A model generated the notes under the pieces. The model had not been told where the DNA came from and searched no databases. It saw only the letters and a program-made list of their open reading frames with translations. Of a stretch of DNA of 10,900 nt, positions 6,662 through 10,900 are shown in pieces. The stretch's first letter is position 1. Each line of letters opens with the position of its first letter. Origin of the DNA: a virus. Taxonomy: Duplodnaviria; Heunggongvirae; Uroviricota; Caudoviricetes. Location: IMG/VR virus record IMGVR_UViG_2579778968_000008. One strand, 5' to 3'. The position numbers and the translations under genes were made by a program.

Positions 6662-9095
6662 TATCGACATTATCCGCGAAGTGACCAGTGCCGCCGCCGG
6701 GCGCTGGCCTTATGTGCTGGCTGGATTGTCTATCGACGTGCCTGATTCATCGCGCCGCCATTCTCCATGCCCTGCATGTGGTGGAAAAGACCGTTTCAGA
6801 TTCGACGACAACGGGCGCGGTAGCTTTATCTGCAATCAGTGTGGCGCTGGTGACGGTTTAGACCTGATTAAGAAGGTGAACAACTGCGACACCACAGAAG
6901 CGGCAAGGCTTGCCGCTGATGTGCTGGGTATTGATTACCGGGCAGCGGAAACCGACCCGGTGGCAGCGAGCCATAGAAGAGAGCAACTGGAAGCTGACCG
7001 CCAGCAGCGTGAGCAGGAGCGCCAGAAACAGGCAGCAGAGGATGCAGAGCAGCGAAGGGCTACGTTTGCCCGTCTGTATGCCGGAATGCGCCAGAGTGCC
7101 ACACAGGGAGAATCTGATTACCTGCAATCAAAAGGGCTGACCGGGTTTAACTATCCGGTTATGCCGGATGGTTCGTTATTGCTGGAGCTGGTGGACGAAT
7201 CCGGCGCAGTGGCAGCAGCGCAAACCATTACACCGCAGGGAGAGAAGCGACTCCTGACAGGTTCAGCAAAGCGCGGGGCATATCACGCCGTTAACGCACC
7301 GGAACAGCCGCAGGCGGTGATTATTGCCGAGGGGCTGGCAACCACTTTATCAGTCCACCTGATGCGCCCTGACGCGCTGACAGTGTGCGCCATTGATGCG
7401 GGCAACCTGCTACCCGTTGCCGAAGTGATGCGCCGGAAACACCCGCAGTCGCAAATTATCATTGCCGCAGATAACGACCACCAACAGGACGAACAGGCGA
7501 ACACGGGCAAAGATGCCGCAGAGAAAGCCGCCTTATCCGTGGCTGGCTGGGTGGCGCTGCCGCCGACAGACTACAAAGCCGACTGGGACGACTACCGCCA
7601 GCAAAACGGGCTGGAAGTCGCTACGGCTGCGTTTAACGATTCGATGTACCAGATTCAGGGGGAAGCCGTGAAACCACAACTACAGGCCATTGCGGGCGGT
7701 AAATCCCGCCGTAAAGCCGAAGTCGGAGATATTGCACAAATGGCAGCCAGCCAGAAAGCGCGGTTGCTTTCATCTCGATGGGATATGTTGGCGGTTAACC
7801 CTGATAGTGGCACTGTTTACTGCTACGAATCTGGCGTATGGGAGAAGCTACCAGACAGTGAATTAGAAAGGGTTATGGTGGCAATTTTCGACGAGCACGA
7901 AGCCCACTACACCGAAAAGGGGATTAAATCGGTTGTCGCAACCATGAAGCTGCAAATACCGGTAATTGGTGAGCGGAGCGGGGATTTGATTGGTTTTGAT
8001 AACGGCGTTTATGACCTCGCTACGCAGACGTTTTCCGCCCATTCGCCGGGTAACTGGCTGATGAACCACAATGGGATCACCTACACCCCGCCAGCGCCGG
8101 GGGAAAATATTACCACCAGCGCCCCCAATTTTACCCGTTGGCTGAATCATGCAACGGCTGGCGACCATCATAAGGCCGAGCGTATCAAAGCAGCCTTGTT
8201 TATGGTGCTGGCGAAGCGTCACGACTGGCAGCTATTCATTGAGATAACTGGCGAGGGCGGCAGTGGAAAATCCGTATTCAGCAGCATAGCAACCACGCTG
8301 GCAGGTGAACACAACACCGCCAGCGGTAGCATGATGACGCTGGACACCGCACGGGGACGGGCGCAGTTCGTAGGAAAAAGCCTGATTATTATGCCTGACC
8401 AGACCCGCTATGTTGGAGAGGGTGCGGGGATTAAAGCCATTACGGGCGGCGATCCGGTAGAGATTGATGGGAAATATGAAAAGCAGTTCACAACCGTGAT
8501 AAATGCCGTTGTTATGGCAACCAATAACGAGCCGATGACATTCACGGAGCGAAACGGGGGCATTGCCCGCCGCCGCGTGATATTCCCGTTTAATAACCCG
8601 GTATCAGACGCAGACAAAGACCCGGATTTAACCGCAAAAATCAGGCGAGAAATCCCGGTGATTATCCGCCACCTGCTAACCACCTTTGCCGACCAGAACA
8701 AAGCAAAGGCACTATTACTAGAGCAGCGCGATTCGCAGGAGGCGCTAGAGGTTAAACGCGGCACGGATCCGGTTGTCGATATGTGTGCGGCGCTTTTTTT
8801 CATGAACGAACCCAAAGGCATGATGATGGGCGGAGGTACATGGGCAGGCCAGCCAGAGCCGAGGACGTATCTTTATCATCTTTATCTGGCGTTTATGGAG
8901 TATCACGGTTTGGGTAAACCGCTTTCCGTCAATAAGTTTTCACGCGCCATAAAATCAGCAGCAAAAGAGTACCGAGCCAGCTACCTGACGAGAAGCATTA
9001 ACGGCAGAGCGCAAACCAACGTTGGCTATAACGAGAAGGCTGATGAGTTCATGCCACGCGCTTACGGTGTGGAGAGCGGGCAGAGTGATGATTGA
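6654..9095 (+). CDS. primase-helicase (P4 alpha-like: zinc-ribbon primase N-terminus, Toprim-like region, P-loop NTPase C-terminus)
   Basis: Cys-rich zinc-binding motif CPACGGKDRFRFDDNGRGSFICNQCG near the N-terminus; acidic Toprim-like segment (IIIAADNDHQQDEQANTGKDAAEKA); Walker A GEGGSGKS followed by hydrophobic-Asp Walker B-like segments. I prefer the ATG at 6654 (MRNIDIIREV) over the track start at 6597, because it overlaps the upstream stop in a coupling arrangement. Confidence 0.9.
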   Translation: MRNIDIIREVTSAAAGRWPYVLAGLSIDVPDSSRRHSPCPACGGKDRFRFDDNGRGSFICNQCGAGDGLDLIKKVNNCDTTEAARLAADVLGIDYRAAETDPVAASHRREQLEADRQQREQERQKQAAEDAEQRRATFARLYAGMRQSATQGESDYLQSKGLTGFNYPVMPDGSLLLELVDESGAVAAAQTITPQGEKRLLTGSAKRGAYHAVNAPEQPQAVIIAEGLATTLSVHLMRPDALTVCAIDAGNLLPVAEVMRRKHPQSQIIIAADNDHQQDEQANTGKDAAEKAALSVAGWVALPPTDYKADWDDYRQQNGLEVATAAFNDSMYQIQGEAVKPQLQAIAGGKSRRKAEVGDIAQMAASQKARLLSSRWDMLAVNPDSGTVYCYESGVWEKLPDSELERVMVAIFDEHEAHYTEKGIKSVVATMKLQIPVIGERSGDLIGFDNGVYDLATQTFSAHSPGNWLMNHNGITYTPPAPGENITTSAPNFTRWLNHATAGDHHKAERIKAALFMVLAKRHDWQLFIEITGEGGSGKSVFSSIATTLAGEHNTASGSMMTLDTARGRAQFVGKSLIIMPDQTRYVGEGAGIKAITGGDPVEIDGKYEKQFTTVINAVVMATNNEPMTFTERNGGIARRRVIFPFNNPVSDADKDPDLTAKIRREIPVIIRHLLTTFADQNKAKALLLEQRDSQEALEVKRGTDPVVDMCAALFFMNEPKGMMMGGGTWAGQPEPRTYLYHLYLAFMEYHGLGKPLSVNKFSRAIKSAAKEYRASYLTRSINGRAQTNVGYNEKADEFMPRAYGVESGQSDD

Positions 9096-9113
9096 AACTT
9101 TTACGGCGGCACT

Positions 9114-9360
9114 TATCCCTACTGCCCTACTAAAAACGAGACGAGGCCAGACGTAGCAAGGCTTTAAACTAGGTAGGGATATATATTTTTATCCCTACTT
9201 ATCCCTACATATCCCTACCAAATAAAACAGGCAGTAAAATGCCGTTGAAGTGATTTAGTAGGGATAAGTAGGGTTATGTAGGGCAACAAAATTGAATGCC
9301 TACCAGTCTGAAAGCCTTGCCATTCGTGGCATGAGCCAGTTAGTAGGGATTGGTAGGGAT
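9114..9360 (+). repeat. iteron array, putative origin of replication (about 11 copies of the 6-8 bp core GTAGGG(AT) / (AT)CCCTAC)
   Basis: CCCTAC-orientation copies at 9118, 9125, 9193, 9203, 9213; GTAGGG-orientation copies at 9173, 9258, 9268, 9278, 9343, 9353. Three clusters have exact 10-bp phasing (TTATCCCTAC TTATCCCTAC ATATCCCTAC; GTAGGGATAA GTAGGGTTAT GTAGGGCAAC). An inverted pair flanks the AT tract ATATATATTTTT (9181-9190). Located directly 3' of the primase gene. Confidence 0.65.
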
Positions 9361-9433
9361 ATTACACCCCCAAAAAGATTCTATGGGGGGGTGAGCTTAA
9401 AACGAAACTTGTCAAAACTTGACACACAGAACG

Positions 9434-9466
9434 ATGCCACCAGCTACTGAGCGGCGGCATTTTTTT
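9434..9466 (+). terminator. candidate rho-independent terminator
   Basis: Imperfect GC-rich stem (ATGCC.CC ... GG.GGCAT) followed by a run of 7 T at 9460-9466; separates the primase/origin region from the downstream two-gene operon. Confidence 0.4.
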
Positions 9467-9485
9467 GTGCTATTTGTTTCATATT

Positions 9486-9560
9486 TTGCAATTACGGTGA
9501 TAAATATTGCTATTTGTGAAACTATAATAACTGTTGTTTTATACAGTTCTAAGGGGCGTT
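9486..9560 (+). promoter_or_regulatory. AT-rich putative promoter region for the downstream operon
   Basis: Perfect TATAAT hexamer at 9524-9529 in a very AT-rich stretch; TTGCAA at 9486-9491 is a possible but mis-spaced -35; AAGGGG RBS at 9551-9556 before the ATG at 9561. Confidence 0.3.
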
Positions 9561-9734
9561 ATGGCTATTTCAGTAAAGCCGGTATTGATAAGTGAGAAGC
9601 AAATGGAAGCGATAAAGAAAATTCAGGAGGAGCAGCGTAAAAAATCAGAGGTAGGAGTTGCGCCAACGATCCACGAAATTGCTCGGGGATTAATGGATAA
9701 GGCGCTGGCCTCACTGGCAAGCGAGGGCGCGTAA
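9561..9734 (+). CDS. small protein (57 aa), possible ribbon-helix-helix DNA-binding protein
   Basis: ATG at 9561 with AAGGGG RBS (the track's longer 9534 start would need TTG). N-terminus VKPVLISEKQMEAIKKI has the beta-strand-then-helix pattern of RHH (CopG/Arc-like) proteins; stop overlaps the start of the next gene (TAATG). Confidence 0.5.
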   Translation: MAISVKPVLISEKQMEAIKKIQEEQRKKSEVGVAPTIHEIARGLMDKALASLASEGA

Positions 9735-10405
9735 TGGGCGCCATTCACCAGATATATGAGCATGAAATGTTCTATAACTGGATAGGTGATGGTAAACGAT
9801 GTGTAGCATTCCACGAAGCGGGACATGCAGTAGCTGCATGGCTTATTCGCTTAGATATACAGGTTATCGCCGTTATGGATGAATACGGTTACGTTGCTGG
9901 CGAACATGTACATGAGGCCAAGTGTTTGGGTGTTGTTAAACACAGCATAATTCACAGCCACGATCTAGGGCGTTTGCGGGATAGTAAATCTGGTGTAGTT
10001 GGGCAGAATGGTAAAGTTATCCCTTTCATACGTTACTATGCGGATGGTATAAAGCGCGATGCAAAAAAGGCCGCTTTTGTATCCCTCGCCGGACCAGTAA
10101 GCGAAGCCCTTTACGAAAACAACGATATTTTCAACAAAAAGTATTCGCTACCTCATCGCTATGACATGGCTAACGTAAATGACATGCTCGATTTAATCTG
10201 CGCTACAGATAAGCAAATTAACAGGGAGTTAATGCTTTCTAAACTCGTTGAAAAGACCAAAGCCCTCATGGCTCAATACTGGTATGAAGTAGAAAAAATA
10301 GCGCATTTGCTTGAACGGGATAGCATTGTGAATGGTCGAAATGTTAGCTCGTTAATTGGCATCAACGTCATAGACCGGGCAACGCCATTTTTGCTGGTGG
10401 AATAA
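9734..10405 (+). CDS. standalone HExxH zinc metallopeptidase (FtsH-like HEAGHA motif, no ATPase domain)
   Basis: 223 aa; motif VAFHEAGHAVAAW at residues 24-36 closely resembles the FtsH/M41 active-site context (AYHEAGHA); no Walker A/B motifs; AT-richer than the backbone; translationally coupled to the small upstream gene. Confidence 0.65.
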   Translation: MGAIHQIYEHEMFYNWIGDGKRCVAFHEAGHAVAAWLIRLDIQVIAVMDEYGYVAGEHVHEAKCLGVVKHSIIHSHDLGRLRDSKSGVVGQNGKVIPFIRYYADGIKRDAKKAAFVSLAGPVSEALYENNDIFNKKYSLPHRYDMANVNDMLDLICATDKQINRELMLSKLVEKTKALMAQYWYEVEKIAHLLERDSIVNGRNVSSLIGINVIDRATPFLLVE

Positions 10406-10618
10406 CTCCCGACCAAACTCATTCGATGATTCATTTCTCCACGGGTAAGCTATGCCGGTAGACCTAACTCCGCAGTATTACCGGAATCAGCCAGGCTACA
10501 GGCACACAGGAGGCCACGCAACACAATCCGCGCCGGGATGGGAGTTATATAATACCCCTGATGATTTTGACCAACGCCCACCATTCGACGATGAAACGCC
10601 ATTCTGGGGGAGATAAAC

Positions 10619-10900
10619 ATGGTAAACGACAGTAAAGCCGAGGATCTGGAAGCAAAAGGGCTGTACCGACGCGCCGCAGCGCGATGGATGGAAGTCATGC
10701 TGTTATGCACCGAGGACGATGATCGGGAATGGATAAAGCGCCGCCGTGAAACGTGTCTGGAGAACGTGAAGCGCCCGCCCGTGAAGGTTGAGGACTTTGG
10801 CGACCTACATAAAGCTGTTACCGAAACGCAACACCGCATGGGGATAGCGCAACCGAACGGTAACGCCTTCCGGTTAAATGGCGGCAAGAGGCAAAGGTAG
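10619..10900 (+). CDS. PerC-like small transcriptional regulator (93 aa)
   Basis: LEAKGLYRRAAARWMEVML resembles the conserved core I recall for PerC-family regulators; GGGGGAG RBS about 8 nt upstream of the ATG; TATAAT hexamer at 10548-10553; stop codon at the window edge. Confidence 0.5.
   Translation: MVNDSKAEDLEAKGLYRRAAARWMEVMLLCTEDDDREWIKRRRETCLENVKRPPVKVEDFGDLHKAVTETQHRMGIAQPNGNAFRLNGGKRQR

Noticed and set aside
6032-6670. 212-aa ORF on the minus strand
   Set aside because: It lies entirely antisense to two tightly coupled + strand genes in GC-rich DNA where long antisense ORFs arise by chance; no RBS context or recognisable motif.
6858-8821. Short ORFs inside the primase gene on both strands (6858-7127, 6910-7140, 7283-7510, 7462-7671, 7863-8222, 8408-8821)
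   Set aside because: All are nested within the primase-helicase coding sequence, which has clear zinc-ribbon and Walker A motifs; no independent signals.
9114-9360. Repeat array as a CRISPR array
   Set aside because: The repeats are only 6-8 bp at 10-bp phasing, in both orientations, without spacer-sized unique intervals; this is an iteron architecture, not CRISPR.
9534-9560. Longer start at 9534 for the small RHH-like gene
   Set aside because: It requires a TTG start with no RBS, whereas the ATG at 9561 has an AAGGGG Shine-Dalgarno 4-5 nt upstream.
10450-10887. 145-aa ORF on the minus strand overlapping the PerC-like gene
   Set aside because: The + strand ORF has a recognisable PerC-like core, a good RBS and an upstream -10 element; the minus ORF is Ser/Arg-rich with no motif and is probably a shadow ORF.

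Overview
The window looks like one strand-coherent integrative element of the P4-integrase / AlpA / primase type; every gene I support is on the + strand. Backbone, in order: a P4-family tyrosine integrase (1-1320), an AlpA-type regulator (2406-2609), an AntA/AntB-like antirepressor (3053-3886), a small Icd-like gene (4753-4944) preceded by a structured leader that carries an anti-Shine-Dalgarno loop (C4/CI-type antisense immunity signature), a chain of translationally coupled small genes (4937-6661), and a primase-helicase (6654-9095). Immediately after the primase is an iteron array (about 11 copies of GTAGGG/CCCTAC at 10-bp phasing, 9114-9360) that I read as the element's origin. Two AT-richer cargo loci stand out as candidates for an undescribed system: an orphan 293-aa gene in the integrase-proximal slot (1415-2296), and a two-gene operon downstream of the origin (9561-10405) encoding a small ribbon-helix-helix-like protein plus a standalone HExxH zinc metallopeptidase with an FtsH-like HEAGHA motif. 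A PerC-like small regulator closes the window (10619-10900). No tRNA, rRNA, CRISPR array or transposase was seen. All family assignments are from motif recognition by eye; no database search was run.
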